The notes beneath the pieces are model-generated. The model was not told the origin of the DNA and did not search any database. It saw only the letters and a list, made by a program, of their open reading frames with translations. A program made the position numbers and the translations under genes. From a virus (lineage: Duplodnaviria; Caudoviricetes), in the IMG/VR virus record IMGVR_UViG_3300037424_001266, positions 1-28,430 of that record: a DNA stretch of 28,430 bases, one strand, 5' to 3'. The number at the start of each line of letters is the position of its first letter. The stretch's first letter is position 1. Shown piece after piece: positions 17,972 to 25,567 of the stretch.

Positions 17972-18506
17972 GGGCGGCCTCCTCGATTGCCTGGTTGATC
18001 TCTTCGTCCGTCATGGAGCCCACCTTCCGACGAAGCTCGTTGTACCGGGATTGCCGGCGCAAGGCCAGTTCGTCGACCTGTGTTTTCGCGGCCTGGTCGC
18101 CGGTGACGCCGATCAGGAAGCCCATCTGGGCCATGAGGCGGTGGTAGAACTTCCGAACATTCCAATCCGGCAAGAGGGTGTCGACGTGGGATACCTCTTT
18201 CGTGTCCTTGTTGACCACAACGCGGATCCTGGTTGCGGTGATCCCCTCGAGGATGGCCCGGAGTAGCACCTGGTCCGAAAGCCCGTTGGCGGCCATCAGG
18301 ACGCGCAATTGAGGCTGTATGCGCTCCAGGAGGCGGGCGCCGATCAGGCCGGCCTCGTGGGGATCCGTGCCCTTGCGGGCTATGCCGGATTCGAGGGCCG
18401 CGGCGCCAGGATCGGCGTTTCGAAGGTAGATCCGGAGAAATTCACGTTCCTTGCGGGTGAGGTTGACGGGCTCGCCGTCCTGGTCGATGGGGAGATCCTT
18501 GCTCAT
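17934..18506 (-). CDS. terS: Terminase small subunit
   Basis: From ATG 18506: LTRKEREFLRIYLRNADPGAAALESG is an HTH typical of TerS. Directly upstream of TerL. Confidence 0.75.
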   Translation of the reverse strand: MSKDLPIDQDGEPVNLTRKEREFLRIYLRNADPGAAALESGIARKGTDPHEAGLIGARLLERIQPQLRVLMAANGLSDQVLLRAILEGITATRIRVVVNKDTKEVSHVDTLLPDWNVRKFYHRLMAQMGFLIGVTGDQAAKTQVDELALRRQSRYNELRRKVGSMTDEEINQAIEEAARARQGSVRRAIS

Positions 18507-18514
18507 GGGAACGG

Positions 18515-18544
18515 ACGGTACAGGAACCGACAAAAGGCTGTCAA
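18515..18544 (-). promoter_or_regulatory. Possible sigma70 promoter for the late operon (near-leaderless)
   Basis: Minus strand TTGACA-N18-TACCGT, 8 nt before the terS ATG, which has no visible SD. Confidence 0.35.
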
Positions 18545-18712
18545 GAAAATAATTCAAGGCGTTCAGGCACTTATACCGCCACAGCATAAACGAGGATGAG
18601 GGTCTTTTACATCAACGACAAGGAAAATCTACTTCTCCTGTGACTGACTTGAGGACTCCGCTTTCCATTCCTCGAAGCCTTTTTCAAACCGATACTGCAC
18701 GTCAAAAACGAG

Positions 18713-18753
18713 TTATCCACAGAAAAAGGGACTTATCCACAGGGTTATCCACA
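18713..18753 (+). promoter_or_regulatory. Three perfect DnaA boxes (putative origin)
   Basis: TTATCCACA at 18713-18721, 18733-18741 and 18745-18753, same orientation, in an intergenic region. Confidence 0.85.
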
Positions 18754-18899
18754 GGATGGGGTGGTTCCTCTCTCAGACTCTCACCTCCCTTCACACCCGC
18801 CGAAGGCGCCACTATTTAAAGCCTCTTATCTTATTTCTATGTTCCTTTAATTCTTGCGTTCGCAGTTCGGGGCCAAACGGGCGAACCCGAAAAGGCCCC

Positions 18900-18945
18900 A
18901 AAGGGACGATCCCGTTTTGCCGTAAAGGGACGATCCCGTTTTGCC
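18900..18945. repeat. 22-bp direct repeat x2 (iteron-like)
   Basis: AAAGGGACGATCCCGTTTTGCC at 18900-18921 and 18924-18945, adjacent to an AT-rich tract (~18810-18855). Confidence 0.8.
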
Positions 18946-18964
18946 AAAATGGGCCGGCCCCGTT

Positions 18965-19423
18965 TTAGTCGTTCTCGCGGATCCCACATAGCATATTTAA
19001 TTTCTTAATCACGGGTCGAATCATGGGTTTATTGAGGCCATGTAGGTGTTTTGCGAGGGGCTTATAGATTTTACTCTGCGGTAAAAAGTGCAGGATCTTG
19101 ACCGCCATATTGACCTGTTGAGTGTTCCTATAGTCCTCGATCGGGTTCAATCCCAGGGTGGGATCGAGCATGATGAGGCCCTTCGATTCGTCTTTATACA
19201 CAAGCTGTAATTCGACCAGGCTTGCCAGGGGTTTTTGAAGATCCTCCGGTTTCCACGATAAATCAGCGCAAAGGTAGTAATCCGGGCACTTGAACACCCC
19301 GACCATGTTCGAATGTTGCGAAATCAGGATCTCAAGGAAAAGGTTGTAGCGGTCGGCGCACAGGTCGTAGGGTTGGAGGATCTGTCGAAGGTTCGTTGGC
19401 ACCCATTGTCTCCGCGGATTCAT
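18965..19423 (-). CDS. Phage replication initiator-like protein (N-terminal wHTH only)
   Basis: LFLEILISQHSNMVGVFKCPDYYLCADLSW..DLQKPLASL..LVYKD resembles replisome-organiser N-termini. Sits beside the iterons and DnaA boxes. Confidence 0.6.
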   Translation of the reverse strand: MNPRRQWVPTNLRQILQPYDLCADRYNLFLEILISQHSNMVGVFKCPDYYLCADLSWKPEDLQKPLASLVELQLVYKDESKGLIMLDPTLGLNPIEDYRNTQQVNMAVKILHFLPQSKIYKPLAKHLHGLNKPMIRPVIKKLNMLCGIREND

Positions 19424-19632
19424 ATCTTCTTATCCTGCTCAATCCATGAGAAGAAATCAGCGAACTTCAGGGCTCCACCGGACCAGGCGATCATCCGGAC
19501 GGCCAGAGGGGACGGTATGGGGATCTTCATTGCCTCGTACCGGGAGTAGGCCCCCTGGGTGATCCCGAGCTTCTCAGCCACATCGGCCTGTCTCTTCTTA
19601 TGCTTCTTACGCCAAGCCTTGACCTTCTCCAT
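19420..19632 (-). CDS. XRE-family HTH regulator (Cro-like)
   Basis: WRKKHKKRQADVAEKLGITQGAYSRYE..IPSP. Confidence 0.85.
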   Translation of the reverse strand: MEKVKAWRKKHKKRQADVAEKLGITQGAYSRYEAMKIPIPSPLAVRMIAWSGGALKFADFFSWIEQDKKI

Positions 19633-19660
19633 CGGAATCCCCCTTTTATGGAATGTCCTG

Positions 19661-19734
19661 TTTATACCGAGGAAATATATATTCTGTCAAAGTATATTTA
19701 CCTGTTGACATTCTGGTGACAATACGGGTACAAA
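19661..19734. promoter_or_regulatory. Back-to-back divergent sigma70 promoters
   Basis: Leftward TTGACA (19690-19685)-N18-TATAAA (19666-19661). Rightward TTGACA (19705-19710)-N18-TACAAA (19729-19734). AT-rich, at the strand switch. Confidence 0.65.
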
Positions 19735-19772
19735 TAAGATAGGGCTAAAATAAACGCGGGAGGTTACAGGGG

Positions 19773-19961
19773 ATGGCCTACATTGTGAAAGCCGAAACAC
19801 AGTCTGGAAAGGTCCGGTACGCGGGCATCAGCGACGGCCCGCCGGTGAAGGACAAGGGCGAAGCTCATGCCTTCTTCGACCGCGGAGAAGCGGAAACCGT
19901 GGCACGGAAGATCCGAAGCGTCATCCCGGCGACCTGTACGGTCACCGTGGAAACCGTCTGA
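19773..19961 (+). CDS. Hypothetical early protein
   Basis: 62 aa with GGAGG RBS; first gene after the rightward promoter. Confidence 0.65.
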   Translation: MAYIVKAETQSGKVRYAGISDGPPVKDKGEAHAFFDRGEAETVARKIRSVIPATCTVTVETV

Positions 19962-19994
19962 CAGGCAGTTATCCTATCCCTGGGGAGGGATCCT

Positions 19995-20204
19995 ATGGCG
20001 AGATGGATATGGAAGCGAATTGCCGAGGCGCTACACGCGAAGGGGTACGTCTGTTCCGTACAAACCATGCACGGCCGCAAGCTGTATCAAATCGTCAATC
20101 CGGATCCTTACGGCGGTTTTCGCTCCCGGTTTGACACGGTGGAGGAAGTTCGGGATTCATTCGGATTCGGCGATCCATTAACCGACGAACAAGGAGGATG
20201 GTGA
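19995..20204 (+). CDS. Hypothetical early protein
   Basis: 69 aa with GGAGG RBS. Confidence 0.6.
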   Translation: MARWIWKRIAEALHAKGYVCSVQTMHGRKLYQIVNPDPYGGFRSRFDTVEEVRDSFGFGDPLTDEQGGW

Positions 20205-20205
20205 C

Positions 20206-20703
20206 ATGGCAAAGCTCAAGTACCACCTGGTAGTGGCGCAGGGTTACCCCGCGATCGACGCGGCGGCCAAGCTCGATTCGAAAGTAAACAACCTCATGGA
20301 GGCAGGATGGGAACCCTCGATGCCTCCGGGAATGTTCGTCGGCCCCTTGACGGACCCGGGCGGCCGCCTCGATTCGGAATTCTACACAGCCTTTCAGACG
20401 CTTCTCTGGAATCCCGCAAACCAGAATCCCTTCACAGAGAGAAGGGTAACCGCCGGCGGCGGCCGCGGCGAGGATCCGGTTACCCCGGTCGACCACGAAA
20501 TCCAGGTATTCAATCGTGACACTCAGCTTTGGAAAGACGCCTGGGCGGCCCTCGAGTATGAAGTTGGCGATATCTCGATCTGGATGTATATGTCCTCCAA
20601 GCTCATTAACCTCGGGCTTTCCTGGGAACACTCCTTCAAGCACATCGAAACCCGGACGTATCGAACCGTCACAACGCCGCGGCAGCCACAAAAGGAGGGG
20701 TAA
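20206..20703 (+). CDS. Hypothetical protein containing element #6 as a central linker
   Basis: 165 aa with AAGGAGG RBS. N-terminal KVNNLMEAGWEP is DUF1737-like. Confidence 0.65.
   Translation: MAKLKYHLVVAQGYPAIDAAAKLDSKVNNLMEAGWEPSMPPGMFVGPLTDPGGRLDSEFYTAFQTLLWNPANQNPFTERRVTAGGGRGEDPVTPVDHEIQVFNRDTQLWKDAWAALEYEVGDISIWMYMSSKLINLGLSWEHSFKHIETRTYRTVTTPRQPQKEG
20446..20483. repeat. GTAAC-N28-GTTAC element #6
   Basis: AGG GTAAC CGCCGGCGGCGGCCGCGGCGAGGATCCG GTTAC CCC. Confidence 0.95.
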
Positions 20704-20706
20704 CCG

Positions 20707-20787
20707 ATGGCCTGGTGGGGATGGTGCATCTTCGCGCCGGCGCTCCCGATCCTGGTCTTTTACTGGCTCAAGGAACGGGGATGGTGA
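20707..20787 (+). CDS. 26-aa membrane peptide
   Basis: MAWWGWCIFAPALPILVFYWLKERGW*, preceded by AAGGAGGGG. Confidence 0.4.
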   Translation: MAWWGWCIFAPALPILVFYWLKERGW

Positions 20788-20852
20788 CCAACATGAATCC
20801 GCGCACCTGGTTCCATAAATCGGTCCTGGGGCGCAAACGATGGGAGGAAGAG

Positions 20853-21128
20853 ATGGCCAAGCACGAGTACGACGAGGGGAAGGACGCCCTCATCCGGGAA
20901 CTCGACTACGTTGCAATTGGGGAACGGCAATTCGCCTGTATCGGCATCTGGAGCTACAACGGTGGGGAAGCAAAGCTCGGGATCCAGAGGAAGATCTCCA
21001 CCCGCCAGGGCACGATCACCAAGGCGATCGGCCGTATGACGCGCTCCGAAGCTAATATCATCTTCAAGGTTATCGCCGAAGCCCTGGCCGATGATTCCGT
21101 TTGGACGCCGGGCGCCGTGAAGGTGTAG
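20853..21128 (+). CDS. PC4/YdbC-like ssDNA-binding protein (tentative)
   Basis: GIWSYNGGEAKLGIQR..KAIGRMTRSEA; GGAGG RBS before ATG 20853. Confidence 0.5.
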   Translation: MAKHEYDEGKDALIRELDYVAIGERQFACIGIWSYNGGEAKLGIQRKISTRQGTITKAIGRMTRSEANIIFKVIAEALADDSVWTPGAVKV

Positions 21129-21131
21129 GCC

Positions 21132-21362
21132 ATGTGCAACTACGTTCCTGCGGGGGATCAACCGGATGATTTGTATCTCGCCATCCAAATTCAGCGATGC
21201 CCGGAAGAGGCCGCGGCCTATCTCGCTGACGATTGCCGGAAGAAGGACAAGACGATCCAGACCCTCAACACGGAGCTTGCCAGGGCAAGGAAGGAGTTTG
21301 CCATCATGAAGGAAAAGGCCGAAACAATGCTAAGGAGGTACTCATGTCCAAAGTCAGGATGA
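21132..21362 (+). CDS. Hypothetical coiled-coil protein
   Basis: 76 aa, in operon. Confidence 0.5.
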   Translation: MCNYVPAGDQPDDLYLAIQIQRCPEEAAAYLADDCRKKDKTIQTLNTELARARKEFAIMKEKAETMLRRYSCPKSG

Positions 21363-21517
21363 CAATCCACATTCCGGAGGGGCTCCGGACCCTCATCGTG
21401 GATGAAGCAGAACAGCATGAAGAATCCCTCTCGGAGTTTTCCCGGAAGGTTTTCGAGAGATACTTCAAAGTCTTGGAGGACGCCAATCCGGCGCCCAGGG
21501 AGGTAAGGAAGCGATGA
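21344..21517 (+). CDS. Ribbon-helix-helix (CopG/Arc-like) protein
   Basis: MSKVRMTIHIPEGLRTLIVDEAEQHEESLSEFSRKVF; TAAGGAGG RBS. Confidence 0.7.
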   Translation: MSKVRMTIHIPEGLRTLIVDEAEQHEESLSEFSRKVFERYFKVLEDANPAPREVRKR

Positions 21518-21687
21518 AAGATAACGGCCTCAACATCGTTCAAGAGCTTCTGCTCAAGAAGCGGATCCGCGACGAGCTTCTCATCGAGGCGGGGTACAAG
21601 AGACTCGCGGACAAGGCCGCGGGGATCAAACGGCCGACGTTCATCTACAGCGGGTTCAAGCGCATCTGGCACGTCGTTTTCAATTAG
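21514..21687 (+). CDS. Hypothetical protein (57 aa)
   Basis: Manual translation MKDNGLNIVQELLLKKRIRDELLIEAGY..; ATGA overlap with the RHH gene. Confidence 0.55.
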   Translation: MKDNGLNIVQELLLKKRIRDELLIEAGYKRLADKAAGIKRPTFIYSGFKRIWHVVFN

Positions 21688-21696
21688 GAGGGCACC

Positions 21697-22341
21697 ATGC
21701 CAAGGCTACCAAGGCCCAGGGGCGCCGCGATCGACCTGGTTCATACCTGGATCCGGCGCCAGGTCCTCACCCTCAAGCGGGAGATCGCCGGCCTTGAGAA
21801 GAAGGGCATCCTCCTGGCATACCCTCATTTCAAGAAGGGGACCAGGAGGATGTACCTACTCGAACCCACCAACGGCGGGAAGCGGAAATACCACTACATC
21901 GGGGGTAACGAGATATCCCAGAAGTTCGCCCTCGAGAAGATCGAGCGTTACCACAAGGTTCATGTGCTGTGCTTGATGCTCGGAGAAGTAGAGCGATGGC
22001 TCTCGGACAATAAAAGCTCCTTGGATCGCCTCCTGGACAATTTCATGATGACGAACAGGGCCGCCGCGCAAGCCATCAAGGACGGGGAGAAGTTCACCTG
22101 GAAGCACACCACGATCGAAAACGGGGTAACGCCGCGGAGCTGCTCGAGGCCTCGGCCGGTTACCCAGGATCCCGACGAGGAACGGGCCTGTAGGATCTGC
22201 GGTTGCACGGAATTCACCCCATGCCCAGGGGGATGCTTCTGGGTGGAAGAGGATTTATGCTCGAGTCCGGAGTGCGTCAAGAAGGGTAACAAGGCCCCGG
22301 GATCCGGATCTCGATCGCGTTACCCATCGAAAGGGAGGTAA
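21697..22341 (+). CDS. Putative DNA-binding protein (basic 3-strand sheet plus helices) with C-terminal Cys-rich finger; contains elements #7 and #8
   Basis: GILLAYPHFKKGTRRMYLLEPTNGGKRKYHYIGG flanked by helices; CRICGCTEFTPCPGGCFWVEEDLCSSPEC; AGGAGG RBS. Confidence 0.55.
   Translation: MPRLPRPRGAAIDLVHTWIRRQVLTLKREIAGLEKKGILLAYPHFKKGTRRMYLLEPTNGGKRKYHYIGGNEISQKFALEKIERYHKVHVLCLMLGEVERWLSDNKSSLDRLLDNFMMTNRAAAQAIKDGEKFTWKHTTIENGVTPRSCSRPRPVTQDPDEERACRICGCTEFTPCPGGCFWVEEDLCSSPECVKKGNKAPGSGSRSRYPSKGR
22126..22163. repeat. GTAAC-N28-GTTAC element #7
   Basis: GGG GTAAC GCCGCGGAGCTGCTCGAGGCCTCGGCCG GTTAC CCA. Confidence 0.95.
22286..22323. repeat. GTAAC-N28-GTTAC element #8 (different reading frame from #7)
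   Basis: AGG GTAAC AAGGCCCCGGGATCCGGATCTCGATCGC GTTAC CCA. Confidence 0.95.
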
Positions 22342-22345
22342 GACT

Positions 22346-22735
22346 ATGGCCTTCTGGTACAACCGTTGGACGCTTTCCGGCCGCGTAGTGAAGGATCCCG
22401 GGCCCCCTCGGTATCTTCCATCCGGCCAGCCTCAACTGGATTTCATGATCGCCAACAGCCGGCCTTCGGCCGGGAAAGGGACCACACAAACGGAACAGGT
22501 ATCTTTCTTTGAAATCGTAACCCGCGGCCGTCAGGCCGATGCCTGTGCGGAACATCTCCGGAAGGGCTCTCCCGTCTTTATCGAAGGGGAGGCCATGCAG
22601 ATGGCCTATCCGGCATCCGGCAACGCCCCCATCCGGAAGCGGGTCGTTCTCCGAGCCCGCATGGTCTGGTTTCTCGCACCGGGGATAAACATGACGGCCG
22701 CGGAGGACCCGAGCGGGGTGGAGGTTCCGGAATAA
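22346..22735 (+). CDS. ssb: Single-stranded DNA-binding protein
   Basis: YNRWTLSGRVVKDP..RYLPSG..F.IANSR..FFEIVTRGRQADACAEHLRKGSPVFIEG: SSB OB-fold. Confidence 0.85.
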   Translation: MAFWYNRWTLSGRVVKDPGPPRYLPSGQPQLDFMIANSRPSAGKGTTQTEQVSFFEIVTRGRQADACAEHLRKGSPVFIEGEAMQMAYPASGNAPIRKRVVLRARMVWFLAPGINMTAAEDPSGVEVPE

Positions 22736-23445
22736 TGGCTCTATGTGTAAAGTGTAATAATAATGAGAGGGTACATCGCCTTAGAATGTGTAGAAGTTGT
22801 ATGAATGAAAGAGCAAGGTTTTTGCACTCTGAGAGAAATAAAGGTATTTATCAAACTCGGCCCTGCTATGTAAATGAGCCGTATGATGGCCCATGTATTA
22901 GATGTGGGAGTAATCCATCGGTAGATGGCCGCAAAATATGCGCGGAATGCGTGAGAATTCAAGCCAGAACCTTTTATAACAATAATAAAGAAAAGATAGC
23001 AAAACAACGCGCATTATTATTCCATCCAAGGTCCTTAGATCCGTGTTGCCGTTGTGATACTAACCCAAGAGAACCAGGAAAAAGAATCTGTTGTGAGTGC
23101 AAAGACAAGACCGCGGCCGCCTACAAAATATCAAAGAAATTGTACCAAGAACAATTGCGGAAGATTCCAGGACACTATAAGCGCAGATATCATAAGTACA
23201 GGAAAACAATATTAAATAGATTGAAGTCTAATTGCGAGGAAATGCGTGATTCTTACATAAAAGACTTAATCCACGCAAAGACCGGCATTTCTGTTACCAA
23301 TATAACAGTCGAAATGATCCGCATACAAAGAGAAGGACTAATTATCTACAGATTACTAAAAGATATGAGGGAGGAATTCCATGTCGACGAAACAAAAAAG
23401 ATTTACGCAAGCTGTTATCATTCTGCAAGAAACACAGGAAGATAA
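22735..23445 (+). CDS. AT-rich protein with three C-x2-C-x11-C-x2-C zinc fingers
   Basis: CVKC..CRSC, CIRC..CAEC and CRC..CCEC repeats. Markedly lower GC than flanks. Confidence 0.65.
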   Translation: MALCVKCNNNERVHRLRMCRSCMNERARFLHSERNKGIYQTRPCYVNEPYDGPCIRCGSNPSVDGRKICAECVRIQARTFYNNNKEKIAKQRALLFHPRSLDPCCRCDTNPREPGKRICCECKDKTAAAYKISKKLYQEQLRKIPGHYKRRYHKYRKTILNRLKSNCEEMRDSYIKDLIHAKTGISVTNITVEMIRIQREGLIIYRLLKDMREEFHVDETKKIYASCYHSARNTGR

Positions 23446-23659
23446 CGAGAAGATCAAAAAAGCTCTTAATTTATCGCTCGATGAAATTATCCATGTTCTT
23501 GAGAACAAACAGAAGATCACCGATCGCACGAAGATGGCAACAGCTACCTTCATGGGATACACGCGCTTGCGTTCTACCCAGGTTCACCAAAGAGCGTTGG
23601 AAGTAGCCGTTGCCCGCAAGGACGTCCTCCCGCTACCGCCGCATGGAGAAGGGGAATAG
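23381..23659 (+). CDS. Hypothetical protein
   Basis: 92 aa with GGAGG RBS. Confidence 0.6.
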   Translation: MSTKQKRFTQAVIILQETQEDNEKIKKALNLSLDEIIHVLENKQKITDRTKMATATFMGYTRLRSTQVHQRALEVAVARKDVLPLPPHGEGE

Positions 23660-23664
23660 TCTTA

Positions 23665-24063
23665 ATGAAAAAGAAAGATGACTTAACGATGGACCTGTTC
23701 GGTCATGACGATCCCGATTACCCGCTTCCAAGCGCGAGAACGAACGACCCTGAAACATCACACTTGGCCGCGATCGACGCGAGAAAGAGCATGGGCCCCG
23801 GGCACAGATTGGTTTTGCGCTTCCTGTATATCGCACCCATGACTGATTACGAGCTTGCCGAGGCGACGGGATTTCAACAAAACAGCATCGGAAAGCGGCG
23901 GGGAGAGTGTGAGAAGGTAGGGTTCGTCACCGTAAAAATCGGTGATGACGGAAAACGGCTGAAACGCCCCGCGCCGTCCGGGTCCTTGTCGCTCGTATGG
24001 TGTTTGACACTTAAAGGAATAATGCATTTCGAAGAACACAGAGCCTCATGGGAGGACGCATGA
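23665..24063 (+). CDS. Winged-HTH phage protein (ARxxDPxTSHxAA type)
   Basis: ARTNDPETSHLAA..PMTDYELAEATG..SIGKRRGEC..LVW. Confidence 0.7.
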   Translation: MKKKDDLTMDLFGHDDPDYPLPSARTNDPETSHLAAIDARKSMGPGHRLVLRFLYIAPMTDYELAEATGFQQNSIGKRRGECEKVGFVTVKIGDDGKRLKRPAPSGSLSLVWCLTLKGIMHFEEHRASWEDA

Positions 24064-24383
24064 CTGATTACTGCGTCGGATGTTCCAAGCGGATGTGGTG
24101 GTGGCAGAAGAAGGACGTTCACGGCCGCCCCTGGCACTTCCGCTGTTTCGCCTCCTGGGAGACGGGATACAGGACCGCCCAGAGGTTCGCCCAGGAGGAA
24201 AACGCCCTGCACGGCTATAAGGGCCCCTGGGACCTGTACGGGGATCGAATGTTGAACCAGTACCTCTATTCAAACCTCAAGGAAGGATCCCCCCCGGGAA
24301 AAGGTCCCATCGTCTCTACTATGTCAAAAAAGGATTTTCTACCGCCAGGATGCCCAAAACCCGAAGGAGGTACATTCTCTTGA
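24060..24383 (+). CDS. Hypothetical Cys/His-containing protein
   Basis: ATG 24060 (GGAGG RBS, ATGA overlap): CVGC...HFRC. Confidence 0.55.
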   Translation: MTDYCVGCSKRMWWWQKKDVHGRPWHFRCFASWETGYRTAQRFAQEENALHGYKGPWDLYGDRMLNQYLYSNLKEGSPPGKGPIVSTMSKKDFLPPGCPKPEGGTFS

Positions 24384-24922
24384 TCCCTCACACCGTCCAT
24401 ATTTCCCTGCTGTTCCCGGCCGCCGTCGCCGGCGGGATTCTCACCCTTCTCCTGTTGACCTTTTTCAAGGAGGGCCCAGACGAGGGGGAGTACCTTTCCA
24501 GGATCCACGATCTTGAGTGTCGCCTCGCATCCGAACACCACAAGAAAAACGCCTATAAGACGGCCTACGACTCCCTGTGCAGGGCTCCCAGGTACGTCGA
24601 CGTAGCAGGGGAAGGGGCCCAAAGGATCGTCAAGGAGCGAATCCGGCAGAAGGTTTCGGAGGGATGGACTCCGGAGCATGACGCGGGGCACATGGAAGGT
24701 CAGCTATCCGTCGCCGCCGCCTGTTACGCGATCCACGGAGTAAGAATCGACTATACTCCGGTTTCCGTCGAAATGGCCTCCGGTGGTGACGCATGGCCCT
24801 GGTCTTTGAAGTGGGACAAGCGGGAGAAGCATGAACGGATGCGGCGCCTGGAGATTGCCGGCGCCCTGATCGCCGCGGAGATCGACCGCCTGGTATCCAA
24901 CCCCTTACCCGATGGCCGCTAA
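24350..24922 (+). CDS. Hydrophobic N-terminus plus conserved phage domain (ERxRQ..EGWTPEHD..AAACYA..WPW..AGALIAAEIDRL)
   Basis: Recognisable widespread phage domain of unknown function at the C-terminus. Start uncertain. Confidence 0.65.
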   Translation: MPKTRRRYILLIPHTVHISLLFPAAVAGGILTLLLLTFFKEGPDEGEYLSRIHDLECRLASEHHKKNAYKTAYDSLCRAPRYVDVAGEGAQRIVKERIRQKVSEGWTPEHDAGHMEGQLSVAAACYAIHGVRIDYTPVSVEMASGGDAWPWSLKWDKREKHERMRRLEIAGALIAAEIDRLVSNPLPDGR

Positions 24923-24943
24923 GGCCGAGAAGGAGGTAGCACA

Positions 24944-25486
24944 TTGAACCCATACGAACCAGGCAACCGTCCGCGCTGTATCGTCTGCCTCGAGGAACTG
25001 GCCCCGGCACCTTCCGAGCGAGACGGGGAACCGACCTATTCCGGTTTCCTGCCCTGTCCCGATCATCCCAAGGCCGCCGCTCTCTACAAAGACGAGGTAA
25101 CCGGATCCCCGACGTCGCCGGCGATCGCCGTTACCCCTCATCTCTCCGTTGGTACGTCCTCGAAGCTCCACCACCTGAAAACCTGGCCCCGGTGGTTCGT
25201 TCCCGCCTGGGCCGGCCTCAAGCCGTTCGAGGTCCGGAAGAACGACCGAGGCTTCATGGCCGGTGATGCCGTGATCCTCGAGGAATGGGATCCCAACAGG
25301 CCGTGCAGGGGCGTAGACGGCGCCTGTAAGGACGTTTGCATCTGCAAGTACACCGGCCGTCAGATCCAGGGAAAGATCACCTACGTCCTGCCAGGAGGCG
25401 ATATAAGCGGCCTTCCCGGCGCCGGGGTGAAGGGTAGTTGGTGTGTTTTCGGGTATCAGACGATTTCGAGGGTAGTTTCCCAATAA
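24944..25486 (+). CDS. ASCH/DUF3850-domain protein with N-terminal Cys motif; element #9 forms the linker
   Basis: HHLKTWPRWF..GLKPFEVRKNDRGFMAGDAVILEEWD..YTGR..ITYVL; AAGGAGG RBS with TTG start. Confidence 0.75.
   Translation: MNPYEPGNRPRCIVCLEELAPAPSERDGEPTYSGFLPCPDHPKAAALYKDEVTGSPTSPAIAVTPHLSVGTSSKLHHLKTWPRWFVPAWAGLKPFEVRKNDRGFMAGDAVILEEWDPNRPCRGVDGACKDVCICKYTGRQIQGKITYVLPGGDISGLPGAGVKGSWCVFGYQTISRVVSQ
25097..25134. repeat. GTAAC-N28-GTTAC element #9
   Basis: GAG GTAAC CGGATCCCCGACGTCGCCGGCGATCGCC GTTAC CCC. Confidence 0.95.
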
Positions 25487-25522
25487 ACGGCGCGTCAGGA
25501 GGCGCCAGGATCGACGATCTCG

Positions 25523-25553
25523 AACCCCCGGGGACTATCCCCCGGGGGTTTTT
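25523..25553 (+). terminator. Rho-independent terminator ending the early operon
   Basis: AACCCCCGGGG-ACTATC-CCCCGGGGGTT followed by TTT, between convergent genes. Confidence 0.8.
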
Positions 25554-25567
25554 CCGTCTTTTACGGG

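Noticed and set aside
925-22521. Lone GTAAC/GTTAC half-sites (e.g. 925, 2037, 2692, 9192, 11054, 13518, 20243, 20700, 21905, 22517)
   Set aside because: No matching half-site at the 33-nt offset, so not counted. Degenerate copies were not scanned exhaustively.
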